From: an uncultured virus (IMG/VR IMGVR_UViG_3300020578_005267)
Taxonomy: Duplodnaviria > Heunggongvirae > Uroviricota > Caudoviricetes
DNA length: 64,000 bases
IMG/VR virus record: IMGVR_UViG_3300020578_005267
Reading direction: 5' to 3' (one strand)
Of the stretch, positions 1 to 9,508 are shown piece after piece. The position numbers and the translations under genes were made by a program. The notes below the pieces were generated by a model. It had not been told where the DNA came from. It worked only from the letters and a program-made list of their open reading frames with translations, and made no database searches. Every line of letters begins with the position of its first letter. The first letter of the stretch is position 1.

Positions 1-718
1 TACCGCTAGAGCCTGAGCTACCTGAAGTGCCTGAGCTACCATCAGTTCCTGATGAGCCTGATGAGCCTGATGTTCCTGAACTACCATCAGTTCCTGATGT
101 GCCTGAGCTACCATCAGTTCCTGATGTGCCTGAAGAACCACTTGTTCCACTAGATCCTGAAGATCCACTCGTACCGCTAGAGCCTGAGCTACCTGAAGTG
201 CCTGAGCTACCATCAGTTCCTGAAGTACCTGAGCTACCATCAGTTCCTGATGTACCTGAGCTACCTGAAGTACCTGAGCTACCATCAGTTCCTGATGTTC
301 CTGAAGAACCACTTGTTCCACTAGATCCTGATGTACCTGATGAACCTGATGTTCCTGAGCTACCATCAGTTCCTGATGAGCCTGATGAGCCTGAACTACC
401 ATCAGTTCCTGATGTGCCTGAGCTACCATCAGTTCCTGATGTTCCTGAAGAACCACTTGTTCCACTAGATCCTGAAGATCCACTTGTGCCGCTAGATCCT
501 GAACTACCATCAGTTCCTGATGAACCCGAAGAGCCTGAGCTACCATCAGTTCCTGATGAACCCGAAGAGCCTGAGCTACCATCAGTTCCTGATGATCCTG
601 AGCTACCTGAAGTACCTGAGCTACCATCAGTTCCTGATGTTCCTGAGCTACCATCAGTTCCTGATGAGCCTGATGAGCCTGATGTTCCTGAACTACCTGA
701 AGTACCAGAAGAACCATT
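1..718 (-). repeat. Second Gly-X-X (9-nt unit) repeat tract of the fibre ORF
   Basis: Tandem 9-nt units (cctgagcta, ccatcagtt, cctgatgtt etc.) encode GSS/GTD/GTS on the minus strand. Confidence 0.95.
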
Positions 719-2227
719 TTGATTTACTATGTTAATAGTACCAATCATACCCGCATGATTAGCACATTGATATACTATACTGCTTGGAGCATCCGCTGGA
801 ACTCTATAAATTATTAAAACACTAGTGTTAGCTTTTCCATTTACAGGATCGTTGTTGGTTGTACCCGGCACAGCTGATGTATCACCTGATGATAATCTTA
901 AAGCAAACGGATGACTTGTTGAAACAGCACTTACATTAAAGTAATACAACTGTCCCCTTACTATAGTAAGAGTCGGAAAGTTACCAGCATATCCACTAAT
1001 AGTATAATTTGAACCTGCACTAGTTACTGTAAATAATTGACCGCCTTCAATACCACTTGTTCCACTAGATCCTGAAGATCCACTCGTACCGCTAGAGCCT
1101 GAGCTACCTGAGCTACCTGAGCTACCTGAGCTACCTGAGCTACCATCAGTTCCTGATGAGCCTGAGCTACCATCAGTTCCTGATGTTCCTGAAGAACCAC
1201 TTGTTCCACTAGATCCTGATGTACCTGATGAACCTGATGTTCCTGAACTACCATCAGTTCCTGATGAACCCGAAGAGCCTGAGCTACCATCAGTTCCTGA
1301 TGAACCCGAAGAGCCTGAGCTACCATCAGTTCCTGATGTTCCTGAAGAACCACTTGTTCCACTAGATCCTGATGTACCTGATGAACCTGATGTTCCTGAA
1401 CTACCATCAGTTCCTGATGAACCCGAAGAGCCTGAAGTACCATTAACCCCACTTATACCTGAAGTTCCACTTGTTCCTGATGAACCTGAGCTACCACTTG
1501 TTCCTGAATTGATCCCTGTCACCTGTACGGAGGTTCCATCACTATTATTCAAAGTAAGTGTAGATGTCCCACTATTGTAAGTTCCTCCGGTTACTGTGCC
1601 TGTAAACCCTGTAATTGAAACTGATGTTCCATCATTATCTGATAAAACTAAAGTTGTAGTCGCAGAAAAATATGTACCACCTGTAATTACGGTGTCGTTC
1701 ATATTTGCAATTCTCCAACGTGCATTTGCTCTAGTAACCCCACCAACACCTTCAATTGTAGATCCTGTCCATACATTTACGAAATTTTGACCTGCAACTG
1801 TATTTGTATAACACTGATATCCCGTTTCTGAGTCTCCAACCAATGAACCCGAAGCTTCCGCAGCATCCCACAATGCGGCGTAGTTGTCTATCTCATATTG
1901 ATACGTCGTCTCAGCAGAGATGACGTATACCATCATACCTAAACGTCTTCTACCACAAGAAATCTCGTCGGTTTCTATGGTCACTGCGTTTGGTGAAGAA
2001 AGCGGTGTTCCATATGTGAAATTAATTGGTATTGTATTTCCTGAATACAAAATTGTACCTGAACTACCATCAGGAATCGTAAATTCGAGGTCCTGATGAG
2101 AAAAAACTTCCATGTAGCCTCCAATGGAGTACACGCTGAAGTTGGTACCTGTATTGTTATCTAACGTGACGGTATCTGCGCCTTGTAAGATAACTGCTGA
2201 AGTGGGATTTCGATACTCAAAGCTCAT
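1..2227 (-). CDS. Putative virion fibre protein (>=742 aa, runs off the window start): N-terminal beta-rich domain, two collagen-like Gly-X-X (GSS/GTS/GTD) tracts and an internal cupredoxin-like domain
   Basis: Not in the ORF track because its stop lies outside the window. Manual translation from ATG at 2227 gives MSFEYRNPTSAVILQGADT...GTSGSSGSSGTDGSSG..., with no stop seen in frame down to position 1. Confidence 0.85.
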   Translation of the reverse strand, partial: MSFEYRNPTSAVILQGADTVTLDNNTGTNFSVYSIGGYMEVFSHQDLEFTIPDGSSGTILYSGNTIPINFTYGTPLSSPNAVTIETDEISCGRRRLGMMVYVISAETTYQYEIDNYAALWDAAEASGSLVGDSETGYQCYTNTVAGQNFVNVWTGSTIEGVGGVTRANARWRIANMNDTVITGGTYFSATTTLVLSDNDGTSVSITGFTGTVTGGTYNSGTSTLTLNNSDGTSVQVTGINSGTSGSSGSSGTSGTSGISGVNGTSGSSGSSGTDGSSGTSGSSGTSGSSGTSGSSGTSGTDGSSGSSGSSGTDGSSGSSGSSGTDGSSGTSGSSGTSGSSGTSGSSGTSGTDGSSGSSGTDGSSGSSGSSGSSGSSGSSGTSGSSGSSGTSGIEGGQLFTVTSAGSNYTISGYAGNFPTLTIVRGQLYYFNVSAVSTSHPFALRLSSGDTSAVPGTTNNDPVNGKANTSVLIIYRVPADAPSSIVYQCANHAGMIGTINIVNQNGSSGTSGSSGTSGSSGSSGTDGSSGTSGTDGSSGTSGSSGSSGTDGSSGSSGSSGTDGSSGSSGSSGTDGSSGSSGTSGSSGSSGTSGSSGTSGTDGSSGTSGTDGSSGSSGSSGTDGSSGTSGSSGTSGSSGTSGSSGTSGTDGSSGTSGSSGTSGTDGSSGTSGTDGSSGTSGSSGSSGTSGSSGSSGTSGSSGTSGTDGSSGTSGTDGSSGTSGSSGSSGTDGSSGTSGSSGSSG
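1051..1508 (-). repeat. First Gly-X-X repeat tract of the fibre ORF, with a 153-nt higher-order duplication
   Basis: Same 9-nt units. An identical block of about 78 nt starts at 1169 and 1322, and also at 281 in the other tract. Confidence 0.95.
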
Positions 2228-2245
2228 TTTTATTTATTTTTTGTG

Positions 2246-3865
2246 TTATATTAATGTATTACCTTTAAAGTAAATATCGTTAGTTGCGCCATTAAATCTA
2301 AATGTTGCATTTGTATATGTTGTGTATACTCTATACACACCCACAGGGATTGTTGAACCTGTATTTGTTACAGTTAGATTATAGATGGCTGCGGTCATAT
2401 TGGCTGTTGTTAGTGTGTTAGGATCTGACGCATTGTTGAATCCAATCTGCGAGATTCTTTGGCCGTTTGTTGATCCTGTTGGAATAATGAACGTATACCA
2501 AGCATTTCCAGGTACTGTAGCCGCAGAGACTTGGATTGTTTTAAATAAGTAAGCATTGATAACGTTCCCATAATCGTCTGTTCCGCCTCCAGTTGGTTGA
2601 GAGTATGCTGTTTGTATGCTAGGAAAACTTCCACCCCAACCTGAGAATGATATGTAGTTATTCATTTGTGTATTAAAGGTTGCTTGAACTGTAGAAAGAG
2701 CAAGACCGTTCGCGAAACCACGGAATAAACCAGGTGATGATTGAGATAACATCCATGAATTTATTTCTACGTTACCACTTACTGGTTCAATGAATAGGTA
2801 GTTGGGTAAAGCAGCATTAGTTGGTGTTGGAGTATTAGTTGGTGTTGGAGATTCTGTATTGGTAGGTGTTTGTGTTGTTGTTGGAGTATTAGTTTGAGTT
2901 GGAGTATTAGTTGGTGTTTCGGTATTGGAAGGTGTTGGAGTATTAGTTGGTGTTTCGGTATTGGTAGGTGTTTGTGTTGTTGTTGGAGTATTAGTTAGAG
3001 TTGGGGTTGGAGTTGGTGTTTCGGTATTGCTAGGTGTTGGAGTATTAGTTGGTGTTTCGGTATTGGTAGGTGTTTGTGTTGGTGTTTCGGTATTGCTAGG
3101 TGTTGGAGTATTAGTTGGTGTTTCGGTATTGGTAGGTGTTTGTGTTGGTGTTTCTGTATTGCTAGGTGTTGGAGTATTAGTTGGTGTTTCAGATGGTGTC
3201 TGAGTTGGCGTTGTTGTGGTAGTTGGTGTCTGAGTCGGTGTTTCAGTTGGCGTAGCGGTTAAGGTTGTTGTTGGAGATGGAGTTTGTGTAGAGGTAGCTG
3301 CTGGAGTTCCTGTTGGGGTGTTACTCGGTGTTACCGATGGTGTTTCAGTGGGTGTCTGAGTCGTTGTTTGTGTTGGTGTATTTGTTGGCGTCTCACTCGG
3401 TGTTGCGGAAAGTGTGGTTGTTGGAGTAGGTGTTGTAGTCGGTGTTTGAGTAGTGGTAGCGCTTGGTGTATTTGTTGGTGTCTCACTTGGTGTTGTAGTC
3501 GGTGATGGTGAGGGTGTCGGAGTTTCAGTCGTACTTGGTGTTGGTGTTGGGCTAGTACCAACTGTAGCAGTTGGAGATGGAGTTAAAGTGGGTGTCGGAG
3601 TTGGTGTAGGTGTGGGTGTTACACATTCGAAAGTAATAATAACACCGTTGAACATATCTGTTCTCGTCTGAGCTGAGTAAGCTAAAGTTGCTCCTGTGAG
3701 ACCTATGGGAAAAGAAGAATAATATACATCAAATGGACCTAAAGCATTAGAACTCGAAGCAAGTCGTACTATGTAACTTGTACAACCTGTTACCGTAACT
3801 TGTTGTTCTATGGAATTATCACAGTCTGGGGCATTATTGACAACGAATATCGAGTAAAGACTCAT
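2246..3865 (-). CDS. Mucin-like Thr/Pro-rich putative virion protein with globular N- and C-terminal domains
   Basis: 539-aa ORF; about 270 central residues are TP/TET/TQT repeats; TATTTAT motif upstream. Confidence 0.8.
   Translation of the reverse strand: MSLYSIFVVNNAPDCDNSIEQQVTVTGCTSYIVRLASSSNALGPFDVYYSSFPIGLTGATLAYSAQTRTDMFNGVIITFECVTPTPTPTPTPTLTPSPTATVGTSPTPTPSTTETPTPSPSPTTTPSETPTNTPSATTTQTPTTTPTPTTTLSATPSETPTNTPTQTTTQTPTETPSVTPSNTPTGTPAATSTQTPSPTTTLTATPTETPTQTPTTTTTPTQTPSETPTNTPTPSNTETPTQTPTNTETPTNTPTPSNTETPTQTPTNTETPTNTPTPSNTETPTPTPTLTNTPTTTQTPTNTETPTNTPTPSNTETPTNTPTQTNTPTTTQTPTNTESPTPTNTPTPTNAALPNYLFIEPVSGNVEINSWMLSQSSPGLFRGFANGLALSTVQATFNTQMNNYISFSGWGGSFPSIQTAYSQPTGGGTDDYGNVINAYLFKTIQVSAATVPGNAWYTFIIPTGSTNGQRISQIGFNNASDPNTLTTANMTAAIYNLTVTNTGSTIPVGVYRVYTTYTNATFRFNGATNDIYFKGNTLI
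2820..3620 (-). repeat. Thr-Pro low-complexity tract containing 66-nt (22-aa) units [22 protein letters not shown]
   Basis: Directly visible in the translation and as ttggtgtt-rich DNA repeats. Confidence 0.9.
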
Positions 3866-3878
3866 CCAAGATTTTTTT

Positions 3879-3886
3879 TATAAATA
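3879..3886 (-). promoter_or_regulatory. TATTTAT putative phage late-promoter motif
   Basis: TATTTATA on the coding strand 13 nt before ATG 3865. Confidence 0.65.
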
Positions 3887-3949
3887 CCCTTTTCCACTAA
3901 TTTATCATTGATATTATTACAATTATTTTTGTTAAGCCATCATCACCTT

Positions 3950-4324
3950 TCAACTTGACTCGGATAAACTCAGTGTGGATACACAGGAAGCTTCAACGGT
4001 CGATAGTCCACCTACCTCACATGATGAAGTGCTTATTGTAATATCGGTGACACAAGAAACTGTATGTATGGTAATTAGAAACGAACATCCAAATCTGCAC
4101 TCTAACAATTGGATTCTCTCACAGCCGTTCGCATCAAGCATTTTGAGAAGTATAGCGGGGGCGGTCGCAAATACTGTTGAGAGTGTCACACCTGTCTCGG
4201 GAGGTATGGGATTACCTGAGGTAATTGTATAAATTAAAGTTTCATAATTACCATAAATGTCTGATACATACACATTTATTGGGTATGTACCTCCAGTAAC
4301 CGATGTGATTTCTACTCTTGTCAT
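3950..4324 (-). CDS. Small Cys-containing putative structural protein (one degenerate SprB-like unit plus a C-terminal Cys repeat)
   Basis: Track ORF 3950..4333. ATG at 4324 overlaps the upstream TGA (ATGA), so it is the likelier start. GGTYP...DANGC pattern. Confidence 0.65.
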   Translation of the reverse strand: MTRVEITSVTGGTYPINVYVSDIYGNYETLIYTITSGNPIPPETGVTLSTVFATAPAILLKMLDANGCERIQLLECRFGCSFLITIHTVSCVTDITISTSSCEVGGLSTVEASCVSTLSLSESS

Positions 4325-6516
4325 GACAAACACCTAATATCGTATAATATAATTAGTTCAACTATAACTTCTTCGCAATTTAAAGAACCCTCGGATCTAT
4401 CGGTTTCGATTGTAATTTCGCTTGTAAGTTCATTTACTGTCACTTGTCCGATTCCAGGAATTGTTTCAAGTAAAGATTGAACTGTATTATACCATAATGA
4501 ATCAGGTGGAGCGTCCACCAAACTTGTAGACACATAAAAATCTTGATCTAATTCGATTCCTTCGGGTTCTAATTCTACTTTTGCAATAAATGTGGCTGAC
4601 ACAAGTTGGCAGTTTGTTCTTCCTGTGGTTAATTCGTCAAATCCAGTATTCATGATTTGACCCAAACCTTTTTTTGTTCCCGATACATATGAGAATGTTT
4701 GTTCTCCGACCAAGTAAGTTCTGTAAGACACGTAACTCTTGTTACAGTCTATAATTGCATTTCTTGTTTGACTACATCCCCCTGAATCTATGACTGTAAC
4801 AGAATAAGTTCCTGCTGTTAAACCTGTGGCGGTTATAGACTGAGGATTACCCGATACATTATCTGACCACTCGAATTCGAATGGAGGTACTCCCTCAGAT
4901 ATAAACGTTGTAATTAAACCATCTGACCCTTGTCCACAAGATGTAGAATATAGGTTGTATATCAAGGGCACACTACCGTTAACAAAAACTTGTTGAACCT
5001 GTGTGCATCCATCTGTATCTGTAATAGTAATTTGGTGTTGTCCTGATGAGACATTGGTAAATGTTACCGCACTAGCAGTTGTATCAATTATATTTTGAAC
5101 TCCATCTAAAGAATAGTCAAATGGAGATGTTCCTCCTGAAGATTTTTCCACTAAAATAATTCCAGTATTTCCTCCACATGTAGTCCCTGTAGTGGTTGCG
5201 GTAAAAGTGAAGATATTGTCAGACAGTATTGTACTTTCCTCTAAAAAGTAACACCCACTTGAATCCTCGAGAATTATAGAGTATGTTCCTCCTGATAAAT
5301 CGTTAAATGTTTGTGATGCGGCGTTAGTTGTTATCGTTTCAGTTGATGAGTCAGGGTAAATCAATGTATATGTAAACGGTGAGGTGCCCCCTATAGCCGT
5401 AATTAGTATTGATCCGTCAGCATTACTACATGAGCTTTGTTCAATAGTAAGAATTATATCCGATATACCATTCTCTGTTGCCAAATCGATACCCGTACTG
5501 AATTTACATAGTGCTGCGTCCGTAACTAAAAAGTTATAAGATCCAGCAGGCACTCCACTCAGGGTAAATGACTGTGAATAAGATACATCAATTTGTCCCG
5601 TTGAGGCTGAATAATAGTATGGTCCTGTTCCACCGGTTATTGTCATGGTTATTACACCATCTGTGTTCAAGCAAGTTGGGATATTGTCGACGACAAAACT
5701 TCCGAGACCTACGGGATCGACTTGTCCAATTGACTGTTCTTTGATTTTAGAACATCCTGATGAATCTGTTACTTTTACAGAGTAAGTTCCCGCAGTGAGA
5801 CCTGATATTGTGCTTCCTGTGGATCCATCGTTCCAAATATAGCTCCATGGTTGTACACCTGTTTGTCCTGTGATAATCAATTTTCCTGAAGGTTGTCCAC
5901 ATTGGGTGTCGGGTATAATATAAAAACCAAAATCAACCTCGACTGATGGATTTATAACAAAGGTTTGTGTCTTACCTGTACATCCACCATAATCCACAGC
6001 TGCAATATAGTAAGTTCCGGCAGAGAGATATTGGAAAGTTATCACTTCTAAGTCTGTTGTTGCAGATTGCAATAATTCTCCTTCAAACGTGTATAAAAAG
6101 AAAGAAGTCTCAGAGTAATCAGATGAATCTTCAGCCGAAACTGTACCATTATTCAGACTACAGGTTGTTGCCGAGACATCGATTATTGTTGCGCAGTTAC
6201 CCGATGATACTGGTACGTTGACAGTGAACTCTAAGTTGACAGGAACGGTAGAATCATTTACTCTGAAGGGGTATGTTGCTGCGGATAGATTATTAACTTG
6301 TGAGAACGTAAGTTTTGGCGAAAGTGGGTCAATGTAGTCGTAGTCATACGCTAAATAATCTATTGCCATAATACCCTCTATACTACCAGCATTACTTGGG
6401 TAATACCAAGTAACCGTATACGGTGGTGTTCCACCCGAGAAACCGGCCTCTATGGAACCTGAAGAATTGTTTTGACAATCACCAGTGACAAATAGTATGT
6501 AATTAAAATCAGCCAC
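4321..6516 (-). CDS. SprB-repeat-containing putative adhesin/fibre protein (about 7 repeats)
   Basis: Repeated C-x(3-4)-G-x-I...GGT-x-P-Y/F-x-Y...L-x-AG-x-Y-x-V-x-V-x-D-xx-GC units typical of Bacteroidota SprB repeats; no signal peptide. Confidence 0.8.
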   Translation of the reverse strand: MADFNYILFVTGDCQNNSSGSIEAGFSGGTPPYTVTWYYPSNAGSIEGIMAIDYLAYDYDYIDPLSPKLTFSQVNNLSAATYPFRVNDSTVPVNLEFTVNVPVSSGNCATIIDVSATTCSLNNGTVSAEDSSDYSETSFFLYTFEGELLQSATTDLEVITFQYLSAGTYYIAAVDYGGCTGKTQTFVINPSVEVDFGFYIIPDTQCGQPSGKLIITGQTGVQPWSYIWNDGSTGSTISGLTAGTYSVKVTDSSGCSKIKEQSIGQVDPVGLGSFVVDNIPTCLNTDGVITMTITGGTGPYYYSASTGQIDVSYSQSFTLSGVPAGSYNFLVTDAALCKFSTGIDLATENGISDIILTIEQSSCSNADGSILITAIGGTSPFTYTLIYPDSSTETITTNAASQTFNDLSGGTYSIILEDSSGCYFLEESTILSDNIFTFTATTTGTTCGGNTGIILVEKSSGGTSPFDYSLDGVQNIIDTTASAVTFTNVSSGQHQITITDTDGCTQVQQVFVNGSVPLIYNLYSTSCGQGSDGLITTFISEGVPPFEFEWSDNVSGNPQSITATGLTAGTYSVTVIDSGGCSQTRNAIIDCNKSYVSYRTYLVGEQTFSYVSGTKKGLGQIMNTGFDELTTGRTNCQLVSATFIAKVELEPEGIELDQDFYVSTSLVDAPPDSLWYNTVQSLLETIPGIGQVTVNELTSEITIETDRSEGSLNCEEVIVELIILYDIRCLS

Positions 6517-9508
6517 GTAAACAATTTATTGATATGTTTATTCCAACATTCAGTTGGAGTTTTGTCTGTAAGTTTTTTGGTATACAATCCATGTTTGTGA
6601 CGTTCAGTGTGTTTCCATTCAAAAAGTAATTCAATCCGTACTGATATAAATTGTCCAAGTTATCCGCTAAACTATTTTTCCAAAGGCTGTTAGTCGGTAC
6701 GTCATTTAATCCCTCCCCCTGATAGAAAGTGGATTTAATTATTTGTTCATTACCTAACTTCAGGTCGACAAACCATGTTGTTGAAAGTGTATTAGTTATA
6801 CAATCATTAAGTGTTAGTCCTTCCTCAGTCAAATAATTCTGTAAGGCTTGTAGTAATACTCCTTGGAAATTAGATACAGTGGTATTTCCGTTCAACCAAG
6901 GAAAAACTTTGAATTCAACAAACTCAGTTGAACAGTCGTAGTTGAACATTGAACCTATAATATAACAGGCTTCAGCAGGTACGGGTATAAATTGACATCC
7001 TCTTTGTCTTCTGTAGACGAATTTCTGTTTTTGGAAAATAGAATTCTCGAATCTTGTACCTGAATTCCATATCGTTGTTGCTGGAATCATTTGTTCAACC
7101 AATTTTATCCAATATGGACCAAGACCATCAACATAATCTATTAATTTCTGATAAGTGTAGTTGTTGTTTGGTATACCAATTGTATTTTCTTGTTCAAGAT
7201 ACTTCCAAAATATTGATGATAGAGTTGGATACCCGCCAGTGTGACCATCAGTGATGTACATTCTATTTCTAACATTGATTGTATTTTGCCAGAAAGTTTG
7301 TGCGAACTCGAAGAAGGTTTTTTTCTTTGGTTGTGGGTTTATAAATGTCCAATCGACACCTCCTGGCGTAGGAAATGGAGTTGTCATTCCTGTCTCAGGT
7401 ATTGGGTAATCATACAATCTTGATTGATTCCACACATCATATACTAACCCTTGTCCAGGATTTAGAAAAAGATCAACATTTTTTACGTTTAGCACCAATT
7501 TCTCTTTGTCGATGTAGTAAAATGCTTCATATCCACCTTCTGTTGATATTCTAAGGTCTTCATCATCTGTCAACCAAGATTTTTTGTTATCAATAGTTTT
7601 TCGAAGTTTGAACCCTTCAGTCATGTATGGAAAATCTCTGTATCTTTCCAAATAAATCTGTCCATAAGTAAATGGTTCAAGTTGGGTTTGAAATGTTGGA
7701 TTCGTACCTGTGAATACATTTGTCTCTACAGGGATCTCAGGACTCCTATGTTGTGGTGTGGACTCATACCAACCAGCACCTACTTGGAAAAAATAGTCTT
7801 GTGTAGGAAGGGGCGCGTATGGAAAACCCTCTGTATCCATAGGAAAATCATCAAGTCCCAAATTCACTTGTTCAAAAATTGTTGTTGAGGTGAATGCACT
7901 GTAAGTTTCTCCTTGAAACTTGTAAGTCACCGTTGAGGATAATGTTGGCACATTATCTACATATGTACCTCCTGAAATCTTTGCATATTGAACTGCAAAT
8001 TGATCAAGATTTATTCTTTGGTCGGCAACATATATGTTTTCATTAAATTCTATCAAAGCGTCAGGTGCTCCCACTAATCTTAACAGAAACTCAACGGATC
8101 TTCTTGTACCTTTTGATTTGAAAAGATATCCGGAATTTAAAATTAGATTTCTATAAAATTGATAGTTCAATTCTGTTGGTGTAAGAGCTCTTGCGTAACC
8201 TGGATAGACGGGCGCGTTGGTTTGTCCAAATACTGAGTCTAAAAAGTTTTCGTTGGTAATTGGTGATATATTAGGTTCCCACCCTAATGTCGCGGCCAAA
8301 TTTTTTAGTAGTAGTGATGGTATGTCATTTTGGATCGTATAGTTAACCGAGGTCATGTTTGCCATGCCGTCAATAAACTTTTTAACTTCATCAAAACTTC
8401 TACCATATATCTGAAGAATTTTTTCAACCTTTCTATCCTTGGTATCGAACTCTTTGAAAGAATCTTGTATCAAGAAACGGGAAATCAGATTTGTTTTATA
8501 TGAATCTAACTCCTCTGAAACGAAAAATAATTGTCTGAGATATTCATCAAATGAATTTGTTATAATGTCTAAATTCCATGTGCCTTGTAATGGCCAAGTG
8601 ATTGATGTAAAATTATTATAAAACTGACCGTTTTCATCCTCGCTCGGAACTTGAAAAACCGCTGTATATGGTGGTTGAATATATCTATTTAACAGGAATT
8701 TTTCTACCTCATCAAAAGATTCAGCAAACACCTCATCAACTACTAAGTCGTTTGGTCTTATATGGTAATTAGTTGTATAAGTTGTGGCTGTCGTCCCGAA
8801 TGGTGATCCTGAAACATAAAATACCAAAGTACCTGATGCTAAACTTACTGATGGTTCAAACGATAATACCTTGAAAATATCATAAGGATTATCTGTGTTA
8901 CCTGAGTTTGCAATTGCAATACAATAATCCAAGTAAGTACTATTCAAATTCCTAAGTGGAGAGGTAACTATCTCTCGAGCAACAATATTTGTTGCTGCAG
9001 AAATAGAATAATCAATGGAAAATGGATTTGCTAGTCTATCAACATCAACTGAGAATATAGTCTCATCATTGACACCATCATATACAATATTATAGGCTGT
9101 CAATCCAGTAATTGATTGTTCATTCATGAACCTGACGTCCAATGCGGCGGGAAATTTATTAATTATTTTTGTCACCGATACTTGAAGTCTCTTGGATAAC
9201 GATCCATACATTGAGAAATTCGAAACCTCAGTTAAATCTAAGTTTGGATAAACTCTGAATTCTTTAGCAAATATCAATCTGCTTTCATCCAAACTCTCTA
9301 TCTCCAAATCTTCTAAGCTAATGGGTGAGGAAAATGCTCCAATGTTAAATTCTCTCGTAACTTTTTCAACAACACTTGTTGTGAACTCGAAGTTACCTTG
9401 CGTAAGCCCGCCACCTTCAACAGTTTGTAAACCTACAATGTTGTCAAAGGGAGTTGCAGAACCACTACCTGGCCTTGGTGGATAAAAATATTTTTCTCGT
9501 TGTGGCAT
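6509..9508 (-). CDS. Large putative baseplate/structural protein (999 aa)
   Basis: Long ORF in the structural operon; LLKNLAATLGW...LFKSKGTRRSVEFLLRLVG resembles baseplate wedge (P2 gpI / T4 gp7-like) segments. Confidence 0.55.
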   Translation of the reverse strand: MPQREKYFYPPRPGSGSATPFDNIVGLQTVEGGGLTQGNFEFTTSVVEKVTREFNIGAFSSPISLEDLEIESLDESRLIFAKEFRVYPNLDLTEVSNFSMYGSLSKRLQVSVTKIINKFPAALDVRFMNEQSITGLTAYNIVYDGVNDETIFSVDVDRLANPFSIDYSISAATNIVAREIVTSPLRNLNSTYLDYCIAIANSGNTDNPYDIFKVLSFEPSVSLASGTLVFYVSGSPFGTTATTYTTNYHIRPNDLVVDEVFAESFDEVEKFLLNRYIQPPYTAVFQVPSEDENGQFYNNFTSITWPLQGTWNLDIITNSFDEYLRQLFFVSEELDSYKTNLISRFLIQDSFKEFDTKDRKVEKILQIYGRSFDEVKKFIDGMANMTSVNYTIQNDIPSLLLKNLAATLGWEPNISPITNENFLDSVFGQTNAPVYPGYARALTPTELNYQFYRNLILNSGYLFKSKGTRRSVEFLLRLVGAPDALIEFNENIYVADQRINLDQFAVQYAKISGGTYVDNVPTLSSTVTYKFQGETYSAFTSTTIFEQVNLGLDDFPMDTEGFPYAPLPTQDYFFQVGAGWYESTPQHRSPEIPVETNVFTGTNPTFQTQLEPFTYGQIYLERYRDFPYMTEGFKLRKTIDNKKSWLTDDEDLRISTEGGYEAFYYIDKEKLVLNVKNVDLFLNPGQGLVYDVWNQSRLYDYPIPETGMTTPFPTPGGVDWTFINPQPKKKTFFEFAQTFWQNTINVRNRMYITDGHTGGYPTLSSIFWKYLEQENTIGIPNNNYTYQKLIDYVDGLGPYWIKLVEQMIPATTIWNSGTRFENSIFQKQKFVYRRQRGCQFIPVPAEACYIIGSMFNYDCSTEFVEFKVFPWLNGNTTVSNFQGVLLQALQNYLTEEGLTLNDCITNTLSTTWFVDLKLGNEQIIKSTFYQGEGLNDVPTNSLWKNSLADNLDNLYQYGLNYFLNGNTLNVTNMDCIPKNLQTKLQLNVGINISINCLRG

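Noticed and set aside
27..1452. Track ORFs 27..722 (PELPSVPD repeats), 520..735 and 1024..1452
   Set aside because: These are antisense or off-frame shadows of the 9-nt repeat. The real frame is the continuous minus-strand ORF from ATG 2227, which includes non-repetitive domains.
1..3620. Possible CRISPR array or non-coding satellite
   Set aside because: Unit lengths are multiples of 3, there are no unique spacers, the repeats lie in frame within ORFs, and no cas genes are present.
2925..3671. Plus-strand VGVGV-rich and Cys/Trp-rich ORFs
   Set aside because: Antisense shadows of the Thr-Pro tract.
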